Origin: an uncultured virus (IMG/VR IMGVR_UViG_3300049827_000124)
Taxonomy: Duplodnaviria; Heunggongvirae; Uroviricota; Caudoviricetes
Virus record (IMG/VR): IMGVR_UViG_3300049827_000124
DNA length: 64,000 nucleotides
Reading direction: 5' to 3' (one strand)
Part shown: positions 40,944-49,675 of the stretch, piece by piece
Layout: each line of letters opens with the position of its first letter
Numbering within the stretch: position 1 is the first letter of the stretch
The notes under the pieces: model-generated
Databases searched by the model: none
What the model saw: the letters and a program-made list of their open reading frames with translations, nothing else
Told to the model about the DNA's origin: nothing
Program-made: the position numbers and the translations under genes

Positions 40944-41837
40944 TTAATAGTATCCTCTTCCGTATGATCCACGGTTCAATTCTTCTCTTGACCCTAAGTT
41001 TTCGAAGAAGTTTGCATGCCTGTTCAAGTTTGGGATAAGTCTTACCCACTGGTTCATGAACGACTCGTACTTGTCGATGCTTGGGAAGTTAGCAGCATTT
41101 CTTGCTTGAGTGCAATAGAATCTCCATTTGTTATCAGCAAAGTCATACCCAATTCCATTCATAGAAGGAATATACCCCCCTAGCAACATTTGCTTGTAGA
41201 TGTACCAAAACATAGCCTCTTTGTAACTAATGTTGTCTGGAACCATTGGGTAACAGTCCTCATCTACTGGAAAAGCTGTATAGCTTAAACAGATAAATCC
41301 TTCTTGGAAAGAGGTCTTAATGTAATCTCCATCTACAACATAAGTTTCTTTTGACTTAGCAAATTGGTTTGAACATTTATCACAGTGGATATGCCCAGGG
41401 AATGTGCTAGTGCCGTATTGAAGTGGAGTTAGTGGTTGAGTAGCATTCATGTAGACATTTTCTACAACTGCTAATCTTGCATTGATTTCACGAAGTTGAT
41501 AGTTGTATCCAATGGCATCATTAGGATTAGCTTCTACAAACTCGTTGAGAGTTTTAACTTCAGCCAATAGCTCAGTGAGTTCGGTAGAAACTGATGGATT
41601 AGCTGCATTGTTTACAGCAACTTGATTAATAAAGTAAAGATCAGATGGCATTATGGCCTTCCAATCTTTAATTTGAAGAACACAGCCCTTGGTGCTAAGT
41701 TGAGGTGTGGCCCCAATATGCTCAAGTGCTTCTCCAGTCCATTCAATTGCATCATCGATCCAGTTATCTCCAGGAGGTTTTAAATCCCTCATAACCTTAC
41801 GGATGATTGCTTTACTAGATACAAGTTTGTAGATCAT
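40944..41837 (-). CDS. tail ring / tubular protein (R1-like)
   Basis: DAIEWTGEALEHIG...YIKTSF...YPMVPD...WRFYCTQA pattern; directly upstream of muzzle. Confidence 0.7.
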   Translation of the reverse strand: MIYKLVSSKAIIRKVMRDLKPPGDNWIDDAIEWTGEALEHIGATPQLSTKGCVLQIKDWKAIMPSDLYFINQVAVNNAANPSVSTELTELLAEVKTLNEFVEANPNDAIGYNYQLREINARLAVVENVYMNATQPLTPLQYGTSTFPGHIHCDKCSNQFAKSKETYVVDGDYIKTSFQEGFICLSYTAFPVDEDCYPMVPDNISYKEAMFWYIYKQMLLGGYIPSMNGIGYDFADNKWRFYCTQARNAANFPSIDKYESFMNQWVRLIPNLNRHANFFENLGSREELNRGSYGRGYY

Positions 41838-42319
41838 CGTTTCTTAAATTTCAAATATGCTATATCGTTTGTTTTTAGCAGTGCTATCAACTTCTCTTTG
41901 TTTCCCTTCTTGCCTCTAGTGGCGTCAAATCTGTAAGCAGACTTGTTCTTCACTTTAGCTTTGTATTTACTCCAATGATATTTACAGTAGTATTTATCAG
42001 TGTAATAAACTTGCCACTTTTCTCCTTCTCCTGTTGCACTATCGTACAACTTTACTCCTTTTTCAAGAAGTTCTTTCTTGTACTTGTTCGTTTCCAACCA
42101 ATCAACTGTCAAGTTTCTTGGGTCCCGTTCTACTCTTTTAATCGATAATGTTCCGAGATTACTTTGCATGTTAAACTCATACCCGTCAAGGAGAGCTTCA
42201 ACTATTGCTAGGTTAAACTCGGAACATATATCAGAAAACGTGTTGAAACTTATTTCGTCTTCAGTTTCAGTTATGTAGTCTTTATGAACGGCTTTTAAAG
42301 TGTGTGATTTGGCTTGCAT
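41834..42319 (-). CDS. IHF/HU-like DNA-binding protein of the tail cluster
   Basis: FNLAIVEALLDGYEFNMQSNLGTLSIK resembles the HU/IHF core; conserved position in crAss-like genomes. Confidence 0.65.
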   Translation of the reverse strand: MQAKSHTLKAVHKDYITETEDEISFNTFSDICSEFNLAIVEALLDGYEFNMQSNLGTLSIKRVERDPRNLTVDWLETNKYKKELLEKGVKLYDSATGEGEKWQVYYTDKYYCKYHWSKYKAKVKNKSAYRFDATRGKKGNKEKLIALLKTNDIAYLKFKKR

Positions 42320-42323
42320 TCAA

Positions 42324-42986
42324 TCAACACTTTTTGCCACCCATCATTTTCTTTTTACCTGCAGCGGCCATAGCTTGGAAACGTGATTTACCATATTTCT
42401 TACGGCCAGCAGATGCAGCAATAGCTTCAGCAGATTCTTCAGATTTACCTTTGCTTTTTAGTTTACCAACCATAGCAGCAAATCTTCCACCACCACCTGG
42501 CTCCATTGTTTTCTTCCCACCTTTTTTGTACATCTTTCCACCCATCATCTTTTCTTCTACACCTCTTCCTTTTAGTACATCAGCAAAACTTGTTTTACCG
42601 TCTTTATTAAGATCTGGGAATCCACCTTTTTTATATTTTCCTCCCATCATTTTTTTACCAGCCATAGTAGCTTTACCTTCTGCACGATTTTGACGAGCAT
42701 TAGCTTCCATTCCAGTTTCAAGACCTCCCATCATATATTTCATAGGAGCTTTAACACCTGGGGCTTGAAAGTCAATTTCTTTAGACTCTTCCATGAAAGA
42801 CTCCCCTTTCATTTTTTTGCCACCTTTCTTATACATTGATTTCATGTTTTCTTCTTTTTTAATTTTAGATTCTTGCTTAAGCATTTCTTTAGTAGGCTTC
42901 TTTCCTGAGCCTTTGTTGGCACGGATGTTATCCCAAAGTCCTCTCTTAGAGTATGAACCGTCTTTTCTTTTAATCAGCTTGCTCAT
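42324..42986 (-). CDS. highly basic K/G/M-rich modular protein, putative internal core protein
   Basis: 220 aa; seven YKKGG/xMMGG repeats separating short modules (GLWDNIRA.., FPDLNKDGKTSFADVL.., GGGGRFAAM..GRKKYG). Confidence 0.7.
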   Translation of the reverse strand: MSKLIKRKDGSYSKRGLWDNIRANKGSGKKPTKEMLKQESKIKKEENMKSMYKKGGKKMKGESFMEESKEIDFQAPGVKAPMKYMMGGLETGMEANARQNRAEGKATMAGKKMMGGKYKKGGFPDLNKDGKTSFADVLKGRGVEEKMMGGKMYKKGGKKTMEPGGGGRFAAMVGKLKSKGKSEESAEAIAASAGRKKYGKSRFQAMAAAGKKKMMGGKKC

Positions 42987-43197
42987 CTTCTTTTGGTTTA
43001 TTTAGCATGTGTCTTTCTTGACGTGCTTTAAGTGCTCTTTCAACATTGAACCAAATCAGGGTTATACCCCCTACTATTCCTATGATCCAAGTTATACTGT
43101 TTGTGAACATTGCATATGATATTGTAGCCCATGCTACATTTAATCCTGCCCATTCTCCGTATTCGGTTATCTTGTTTGTGTCAATGTTAAAAGCCAT
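42970..43197 (-). CDS. putative holin / small membrane protein
   Basis: 75 aa; two hydrophobic segments and a charged C-terminal tail. Confidence 0.5.
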   Translation of the reverse strand: MAFNIDTNKITEYGEWAGLNVAWATISYAMFTNSITWIIGIVGGITLIWFNVERALKARQERHMLNKPKEDEQAD

Positions 43198-43208
43198 TTT
43201 ATTAAGTA

Positions 43209-43469
43209 TTACCAGTTACTGCAACTTCCACAGTTCCAGATTCTAAGTGATTTGTTAATTCTTGATTGAGGATCGTTAGCAGTCTTTGAACTTGTAAGTT
43301 TGGCTTTCATTCCACACATTCTAGAACAGAATGAGTTTCTTCTTTTACCACCTTTAGGCTGAGGAGCCTTTAAGTCTGACCCAGGGTTCTGACTTTCGTA
43401 AGACTTTCTGCCTTTTTCGTTAAGACCCCCTTTTGGATTTTTTCCTGCTTTATTTTGCCAAGCTGCCAT
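43209..43469 (-). CDS. small basic phage protein (DUF6321-like)
   Basis: AWQNKAGKNPKGGLNEKGRKSY...RRNSFCSRMCG...SRINKSLRIWNC; ATG 43469 lies 5 nt after a -7 box. Confidence 0.7.
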   Translation of the reverse strand: MAAWQNKAGKNPKGGLNEKGRKSYESQNPGSDLKAPQPKGGKRRNSFCSRMCGMKAKLTSSKTANDPQSRINKSLRIWNCGSCSNW

Positions 43470-43474
43470 AGTCA

Positions 43475-43482
43475 CAAAGTTA
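43475..43482 (-). promoter_or_regulatory. -7 promoter box TAACTTTG, 5 nt before ATG
   Basis: Minus strand TAACTTTG-TGACT-ATG(43469). Confidence 0.6.
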
Positions 43483-43493
43483 GTTAAAAATTG

Positions 43494-44192
43494 TTATTCT
43501 TTTGAAGATTGTTGTGGAGTTCCTGGAGACAAATCTTGACCACGGTCTAGGACAGTATCTGTAAATGTTCCAGCTAATAATCTAAGTTCTCCTTGCATCA
43601 TTCCTTGAGTAATACCTTGAACCATATCCATAGGCATTGGGAAGATATCTGAACCTGAATAGCAAGGCTGTCCTGCACAATCGATGAATTCTGCAACCTC
43701 TTCTGGGTCTTCGAATATTCCACGTACATTCACATAATCAGCACCTTTTGGGTTGAGGACATATAAATAGTCTTCAATCATAAATGCTTTAGTATTGTTT
43801 TTAGTAAACTTCTCAGCTGAGATGTAATTAGCCTCAAAAGGCTTAATCATTTGAATACGGCCTAGTCCAGATACATCTCCTACATATGTAATAGCTTCTT
43901 CAAAATTAAATCTTACTGTTCTTGGGATTTTCTTTTTGCTACGGTAAGCAGGACAGTTTAAGTTGATATTGCAGCATTTAGAAAGATCTACTTTCTCTAA
44001 TTGTACACACTTTAAGTCTTGTTCTAAATGACGAGTTACTAAGCCATTTCTTGCATAGTCTCTACGTATAAATACAGCACGATAGTGCTTAACGTTAAAT
44101 TTGATTTGGCTCAAGGATATTACCTCATCCTGAGAGCTACGTCCACCTCTAAATAGATTTAAAAGGTTAAATGAAATTTCATCTAAAGTCAT
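43494..44192 (-). CDS. tail ring protein (R2-like)
   Basis: MTLDEISFNL...SQDEVISLSQIKFNVKHYRA...VRGIFEDP...FPMP pattern of crAss ring proteins. Confidence 0.7.
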   Translation of the reverse strand: MTLDEISFNLLNLFRGGRSSQDEVISLSQIKFNVKHYRAVFIRRDYARNGLVTRHLEQDLKCVQLEKVDLSKCCNINLNCPAYRSKKKIPRTVRFNFEEAITYVGDVSGLGRIQMIKPFEANYISAEKFTKNNTKAFMIEDYLYVLNPKGADYVNVRGIFEDPEEVAEFIDCAGQPCYSGSDIFPMPMDMVQGITQGMMQGELRLLAGTFTDTVLDRGQDLSPGTPQQSSKE

Positions 44193-44203
44193 CTTTCTGT
44201 ATT

Positions 44204-45364
44204 TTATCTAACATTGCTTTGTAAATATCCTTCAAGTCCTTCGTCGTGATTCCAAATGAATGCCTGAGCTGCCCTGAGTGATCCGTATCCCATCTTCTTA
44301 TGCCATTCATCTAATGCACATATTGAGGGCAGGAATCTCACTTTAACACCTCGGTATTCGTTTACCTGTTCTTTGTGGTAATGTCCACAGTGAGCTTCTC
44401 TAAACTCAGTTGTTGCAAACATTTCCGGTTGCTCAGTAGCCATTATTAGTGGCATATCAGCAGGTTTTTCGTTATCTCCGTGGGTAAACATTATCATGTT
44501 TTTCCCATACTTGTAATACTTTCTAGGCATTGTAGAGTTATCTACAGTTACACTTGGGTCATTTCTGAACCATCCGGCCAGGACATCCCCAGCATAATAC
44601 ATTCTCTCGTAGTCATGGTTTCCCGATACAACAATAATATCAACGGGAGCCACACTTTTCAAGAAATCTACTGCTCTAACTATTAGAGTCCAGTATCCTT
44701 TAAATGATTCTTTCCATCCTACAGTGTCATGTTGAGGAGTACCCTTTGTTGTAGCCATCTTCATTCCATCTGTATTCATGCCATCGTTTCCGATTGGGAG
44801 AAGAATCTTCTCGATATTTAATCCTCTTCCTTTGTTAACCAAATCCTCGATTGTATCAAGGAATTGTTTCTCCATCTCTTCTAGGGTAATATCTGTTAAC
44901 TTTCCATAGTGAATATCAGGGAGAGAAATCTCAAGAGTAGACTTTGTTTTGTAGTCAACTCCTCTGCCTTTGGTTATAACTCTAGCTTTAGGGCTATAAC
45001 TAGCTGCAAATTCTTCAATGTCTTTTTGAATTTCCTCTGCCGTTCTTTCATTTTTGGTAACTACAGAGAACCGTTGTTCTCCTTTCATATTTTGCCAGTA
45101 TTTAACGGAATTGACCATTGAATGATCAATCCCGTTTTTATCTAAATACTGTTCAAACTCTGTGATAACATTATCAGAATCGTTAGTAAGTGTTTCAACT
45201 TTTACGACCTTTCTGTTAATCTCTCTTTGTTTTGCTCTTACAATCTTTAATGCTGCAGCAGCATCTTGCAAACTAACTTTAAATTTTCTAGCTACTAAAC
45301 CAGGTCCTTTCTTTAAGAACCATGGTCTGGCTGTTAATGTCTGAGTTAGTTCTAGAAGTGTCAT
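44204..45364 (-). CDS. calcineurin-like metallophosphoesterase with N-terminal HTH-like extension
   Basis: DIHYG, GND, SGNHD, THGD and GHYH metal-binding motifs. Confidence 0.85.
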   Translation of the reverse strand: MTLLELTQTLTARPWFLKKGPGLVARKFKVSLQDAAAALKIVRAKQREINRKVVKVETLTNDSDNVITEFEQYLDKNGIDHSMVNSVKYWQNMKGEQRFSVVTKNERTAEEIQKDIEEFAASYSPKARVITKGRGVDYKTKSTLEISLPDIHYGKLTDITLEEMEKQFLDTIEDLVNKGRGLNIEKILLPIGNDGMNTDGMKMATTKGTPQHDTVGWKESFKGYWTLIVRAVDFLKSVAPVDIIVVSGNHDYERMYYAGDVLAGWFRNDPSVTVDNSTMPRKYYKYGKNMIMFTHGDNEKPADMPLIMATEQPEMFATTEFREAHCGHYHKEQVNEYRGVKVRFLPSICALDEWHKKMGYGSLRAAQAFIWNHDEGLEGYLQSNVR

Positions 45365-45561
45365 GCAGTAAGTGTTGCAATTATATCATCAGCATTTGTT
45401 TGTACAACCCCGTTAATTTCTGTATCTCCCCCTACAAATGCATAGCACCCATCACTCATTAGGATGTGCACCATCATTGAATCTATTTTTTCAAATCCTT
45501 GGTAAATAAAGACTTTATCTTTCCAAGTGATTTCACCGTCTACGAATGTTAATACTTGCAT
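45361..45561 (-). CDS. hypothetical protein
   Basis: 66 aa; overlaps both neighbours. Confidence 0.6.
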   Translation of the reverse strand: MQVLTFVDGEITWKDKVFIYQGFEKIDSMMVHILMSDGCYAFVGGDTEINGVVQTNADDIIATLTA

Positions 45562-46079
45562 TATTTGTAAATTTTAAAAATTATACCTGATCCAATAGTT
45601 GAGTCTGCAGTACTTCCATTTTGAACTGCTAAAATGATGTATTGATTTGCTGCCCAATCTATTGCTACAGAAGTTTCAGCTCCTGTAAAGTTGGTAATAT
45701 CATCATAGGCATTTCCACCTACTTGCATTAATTTTGTGTTTATAGGTGGTTTTCCTATAAATGCAGTTCTACTTATTTGTACGTACAAACTAACTGCAGT
45801 AGCAATAGGAGAAGTTCCTATTAAAGTAGCCCCACTTAAACTATCAGTTGTGTTAGCATAAATACGAATCTGTAAAGTTCCAGCAGTTCCTGTTTTAACA
45901 GCTCTAGCAACTATATCTATAGCATTTCCAGTTGCAATATTACCATCAACGGTATTAGCAGGAATTAATACACTTCCAGTTTGCTGATTAGTGGTTACAC
46001 CTGTAACAGCAGTAAATCCAGTTACTACAAAAACAGGAGTAACTTTAGTTAAAGGAGCAGAAGAAATTATTGTTCCCAT
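45561..46079 (-). CDS. putative virion fibre/decoration protein
   Basis: T/G/A/V-rich beta-type sequence (SVLIPANT..., AIDWAANQYII); ATG 46079 preferred over TTG 46097. Confidence 0.55.
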   Translation of the reverse strand: MGTIISSAPLTKVTPVFVVTGFTAVTGVTTNQQTGSVLIPANTVDGNIATGNAIDIVARAVKTGTAGTLQIRIYANTTDSLSGATLIGTSPIATAVSLYVQISRTAFIGKPPINTKLMQVGGNAYDDITNFTGAETSVAIDWAANQYIILAVQNGSTADSTIGSGIIFKIYK

Positions 46080-46080
46080 A

Positions 46081-46383
46081 TTACCAAGTGTAAGCAATTA
46101 ATAAGATTCCACCAGAGGTATCATAAGCAAAAGTGTTTGATGGAAAACGATTGTCACCTCCTCCTGCATCAAATGCTACTGAAGAACCTGCAGGTAATCC
46201 ATAAGTTCCACCATTAACAGTTAATGTTATTTCAGTAATTCCTACATTAGAAAACGATACACTGTTCACTGCAACATCTAATGTTTCATAACCGTTATCG
46301 TTAATGTTAAGGTACCCTGCTTTTTTAAGTTGATTGTTTAAACCATCGTTTAACAATACTTCGACACCACTATTGTAGCTCAT
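46081..46383 (-). CDS. hypothetical beta-rich structural protein
   Basis: 100 aa within the fibre cluster. Confidence 0.55.
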   Translation of the reverse strand: MSYNSGVEVLLNDGLNNQLKKAGYLNINDNGYETLDVAVNSVSFSNVGITEITLTVNGGTYGLPAGSSVAFDAGGGDNRFPSNTFAYDTSGGILLIAYTW

Positions 46384-46384
46384 G

Positions 46385-46819
46385 TTAGTTAATTATTTTG
46401 ATTAAAGTTTCTATCTGATCTGCAGATAAGCTTTCAGGGAGAAGTTTTTCATTAATCATCTTGAGTTCTAGAGTTACCTCTTTGTCAAGCTCAATGTTTA
46501 CTTCTGCAATCTGTTGCTTACGAGCATTAATTTCATCCATGTGTTCTGCCTCCATTGCTTTCAAACCTTCTTCGTTTTCAGCCTGCATTAACTCTTGAGC
46601 TTTTCTTGACAACTCAATAAATGCTTCAGTAGGAGCAGCTTTAGCTTCTAAGAAATCAAGTTCTTTTTTAATGACGTCACAATTCTTTAGGACGATCATT
46701 GCATACTTAACTCCTTTTTCTCCACGAGTTTCATGTAATACTTTGTACATTTCTAGAAACTCTCTACGAGTAGCAGTGATGTTCATACCGTACCCTTCTT
46801 CTTTTTTAATCACGTTCAT
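46385..46819 (-). CDS. putative tail-fibre assembly chaperone (helical)
   Basis: KYAMIVLKN..IKKEL...EVTLELKMI...LSADQIETL pattern; directly downstream of the fibre gene. Confidence 0.5.
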   Translation of the reverse strand: MNVIKKEEGYGMNITATRREFLEMYKVLHETRGEKGVKYAMIVLKNCDVIKKELDFLEAKAAPTEAFIELSRKAQELMQAENEEGLKAMEAEHMDEINARKQQIAEVNIELDKEVTLELKMINEKLLPESLSADQIETLIKIIN

Positions 46820-46850
46820 AACTATTTGTTGTTTGGTTTATACTTATTTA

Positions 46851-48608
46851 TTATTCAGCTGTAGCATACACTCTGATCCATGCATCTATACCGTTAACTT
46901 GAATTTTAATTGCTCCAGTCTTAGCTCCAGTTGATGTAGTTGAACTTGATAGTGAGTTAGCTGAAGCTCCTGTTTGAGTACCTATAAAGTTAGTAAATGG
47001 TTTTGCGGCTGATGAAGCAGTTTGAACTACCAGTCCTCCAATTCCAGAAGTTGCCACTCCTGGTGTAATATTAATATCTCCACCATACCCTGTAGTAGAA
47101 GACCCTCCATTAAGAGTTAAGTCTCCACCATTTTGACTAGGAGACGGTCCTGGAGTCAATATTATATTTCCACCATCTCCAGTACCAGCTGTATTACCTC
47201 CAGCTGTAATATTTATGGGACCTCCATTAAAAGTTCCTCCTGAAGTTCCTGAAAATAAGTTTAGAGTTCCACCACCTGTTGGTGATATTACTCCTGATAC
47301 AGTAATAGCATTTGATGCTCTAACTGTTACACTTCCAGCAGTACTTGAAACAGAGGTTCCTGAGCTTATAGATACATTTCCTCCGGTTCCTGCTCCATTA
47401 CTGCCACCTCCCCCTATTGTCACACCCCCACCATTACCCGAAAAAGACGTTGCTCCACTAATAACAACTCCTCCTCCAGTACTTGATGAATTTGATGCTC
47501 CACCCTGCATTACTAAATTTCCTCCAGATCCAGTTGATGAACTTCCTGCACTAATTGTTACTGTTCCTCCTGATGATGAATTTGAAGCACCTGCTAATAC
47601 TTGAACATTTCCACCTTGGCCTGTATTTGATGTTCCCCCATAAACAAGGGCAGCTCCTCCAGCTCCACTTCCAGTAGCACCTGCTCCAAAGATTCCTGCA
47701 TATCCTGCTGCACCAGTTCCTGATGCACTCCCCCCTGTTAATGAAATAAATCCCCCATTAACGTTAGCTACTGAAGCACTAGCTGCAGAAATTCCCATAG
47801 TACCAGGAGTTGCACTAGAAGCCATTTGAAGCACTTGTGTAATTGACCCATTAAATGTAATACCATTATTGATATTAAGATCAGAGGTATAAAAAGCAGT
47901 TGGAATAGAACTACCTATAAATACTCTACCTGCAGAATTAATTGCAATACCTTCATTTTCACCATCACCACTTAACCACCCTAAGCCATAGATATTATAT
48001 CCAGCTCCGTTTAGGTTTTGAGTAAGAGTTGTTAAGCTTGCAGCAATTGTGATAGATCCTGCACCATTTGTAACTGATACATTAGTCCCTGCAGTCAATG
48101 TTGCAAGTACTGGAGATAAACCTGTACGGCCGATTGGAATCTGACCGTTAGTTGCAGCACCTAATGCTGTTAAAGATGCAGTTCCGTTACCAATAAATAA
48201 ACTATTAGCTAATAAACTTGTCAAACCTGTACCACCACTGGCAACGGGTAATGTACCTGCTACCCCGGATGAAAGGCTAATAGGACCTGTTAAAAATTGA
48301 GATGTCGTGTTGTCACAGTTTGATAAATCTATATTGTTTTCATTAACTTGTAAAACAATATTGTTACTTACAGTTGCTACAGTTAATAAAGCATCAAAAG
48401 ACTTAATTCCTTTAAAATTTAAAGTATTCTTATTTGTTATATTTACATATAACAGTTCACTACTTGTCCCTATTGTATTAAAATTTGGAAACAAATCTTG
48501 AATTAACAGCTTATAGTTAGCTGCTGTTCCGTCTGCTAATGGAAGATAATGAGTAGCTCCTATGCTAGTTTTAGCAATTGCTGTTAATGCACTTATAGGT
48601 AATGACAT
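46851..48608 (-). CDS. tail fibre/spike with Gly-rich beta-solenoid repeats
   Basis: N-terminal PISAL attachment-like motif, GTLPVASGGTG, repeated GGxVxIxxG units, C-terminal IKIQVNGIDAWIRVY. Confidence 0.75.
   Translation of the reverse strand: MSLPISALTAIAKTSIGATHYLPLADGTAANYKLLIQDLFPNFNTIGTSSELLYVNITNKNTLNFKGIKSFDALLTVATVSNNIVLQVNENNIDLSNCDNTTSQFLTGPISLSSGVAGTLPVASGGTGLTSLLANSLFIGNGTASLTALGAATNGQIPIGRTGLSPVLATLTAGTNVSVTNGAGSITIAASLTTLTQNLNGAGYNIYGLGWLSGDGENEGIAINSAGRVFIGSSIPTAFYTSDLNINNGITFNGSITQVLQMASSATPGTMGISAASASVANVNGGFISLTGGSASGTGAAGYAGIFGAGATGSGAGGAALVYGGTSNTGQGGNVQVLAGASNSSSGGTVTISAGSSSTGSGGNLVMQGGASNSSSTGGGVVISGATSFSGNGGGVTIGGGGSNGAGTGGNVSISSGTSVSSTAGSVTVRASNAITVSGVISPTGGGTLNLFSGTSGGTFNGGPINITAGGNTAGTGDGGNIILTPGPSPSQNGGDLTLNGGSSTTGYGGDINITPGVATSGIGGLVVQTASSAAKPFTNFIGTQTGASANSLSSSTTSTGAKTGAIKIQVNGIDAWIRVYATAE
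47040..47770 (-). repeat. ~15-16-aa GG-x-[VIL]-x-[ILM]-x-x-G peptide repeats
   Basis: e.g. QGGNVQVLAG, SGGTVTISAG, SGGNLVMQGG, TGGGVVISGA, NGGGVTIGGG, TGGNVSISSG, NGGPINITAG, DGGNIILTPG, NGGDLTLNGG, YGGDINITPG. Confidence 0.75.
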
Positions 48609-48609
48609 G

Positions 48610-49095
48610 TTATTCTAATTTTATTTTTGAAGAGTCTTCTAGGTAAATAAAGCTTAAATCTTCTAACAACAAGTATGGAGCAGTATCTACTACAGGTGTT
48701 GTTGCAGTTGAATTTGAGGTAATACAATCTTTACAAAAATTAAGTGTAAAGTAATTTACAAATGTTTGAATGTATGGAACATTGCTTGATGGAGTTACAG
48801 TACCTGTATACGATACTCCTGGCATTGTAGCCCCATTAAATATACAGTCTAAAGAGGATGTTGCATCTTTTCTGTTTAGAAGATAAAGAACTAATTCTAA
48901 TTTTTTAAGTTCTAGGGTAGAACATTTCATTCCCCCTACAATCTTGTTGTAGAAGCCAGTACCTTTAGTAGCAAGACATAGCCCTAAAGTGCTCAACATT
49001 TGGTCGAACGTTACATTATTTATTCTATTTGGAACGTATGCCATACTTTCTATGCCAAACTCTAAATTATTTCTTTTATCTGGAACATCTCCCAT
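48610..49095 (-). CDS. putative tail hub protein B / fibre adaptor
   Basis: Cys-containing helical protein ending YLLLEDLSFIYLEDSSKIKLE; call rests on gene order. Confidence 0.5.
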   Translation of the reverse strand: MGDVPDKRNNLEFGIESMAYVPNRINNVTFDQMLSTLGLCLATKGTGFYNKIVGGMKCSTLELKKLELVLYLLNRKDATSSLDCIFNGATMPGVSYTGTVTPSSNVPYIQTFVNYFTLNFCKDCITSNSTATTPVVDTAPYLLLEDLSFIYLEDSSKIKLE

Positions 49096-49104
49096 ATTCC
49101 CTGT

Positions 49105-49599
49105 TTAACATCCACAAGCACAAACTTCTGTACAGAATTCTTTGGCTTTGGTGTATTTATTAATTGCATCAGTTACATTGTCGTTAATTGCACTATACTT
49201 AGCAGATTCTGCTAGTAAGTGAACTTTTTCTGCTCTATGCAGATCCTCATCACAACGATCACAATTACATGTGCAATTAATTGCATCATTTACTAAATTT
49301 GCTATGCAGCAGTCTAGTTCACAGGTTCCTACTGAATATTTTTCAATGCTTACAGATGATCCATTTAGAGAGTCAATTGTAATAACTCCAGTAAAGGTTT
49401 CATTGGCTTGTACAGATGTAATCACCCATTGCCATGTTGTACCACTTGGGTTAGTCAAAGTACCTACAGTATTTGAATTAAAAGTAGTAGTGGTAATCTC
49501 GTTAGTAAAATTAGCAGGGGTTGGTTGCCCTTGAAATACTGCAGTTAATGTTTTGCAGTCAGCAGAGATTGTAACACTGGTAATTGAGGTAATTGCCAT
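49105..49599 (-). CDS. putative tail hub protein A (Cys-rich C-terminus)
   Basis: CELDCC...CTCNCDRC...FCTEVCACGC; downstream of the auxiliary capsid gene. Confidence 0.55.
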   Translation of the reverse strand: MAITSITSVTISADCKTLTAVFQGQPTPANFTNEITTTTFNSNTVGTLTNPSGTTWQWVITSVQANETFTGVITIDSLNGSSVSIEKYSVGTCELDCCIANLVNDAINCTCNCDRCDEDLHRAEKVHLLAESAKYSAINDNVTDAINKYTKAKEFCTEVCACGC

Positions 49600-49628
49600 T
49601 AGAACTTAAATTATATGGTAAAGATAAT

Positions 49629-49660
49629 AAAAAGTAGGGGATTTGACTCCCCCACTTTTT
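49629..49660 (-). terminator. intrinsic terminator after the auxiliary capsid gene
   Basis: Plus strand AAAAAGT-A-GGGGA-TTTGAC-TCCCC-C-ACTTTTT hairpin. Confidence 0.8.
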
Positions 49661-49675
49661 AAATTTAGTTTAAGA

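Noticed and set aside
47040..47770. GG pairs in the tail fibre as part of the GG signal motif
   Set aside because: No preceding basic/aromatic residues; regular periodicity fits structural solenoid turns.
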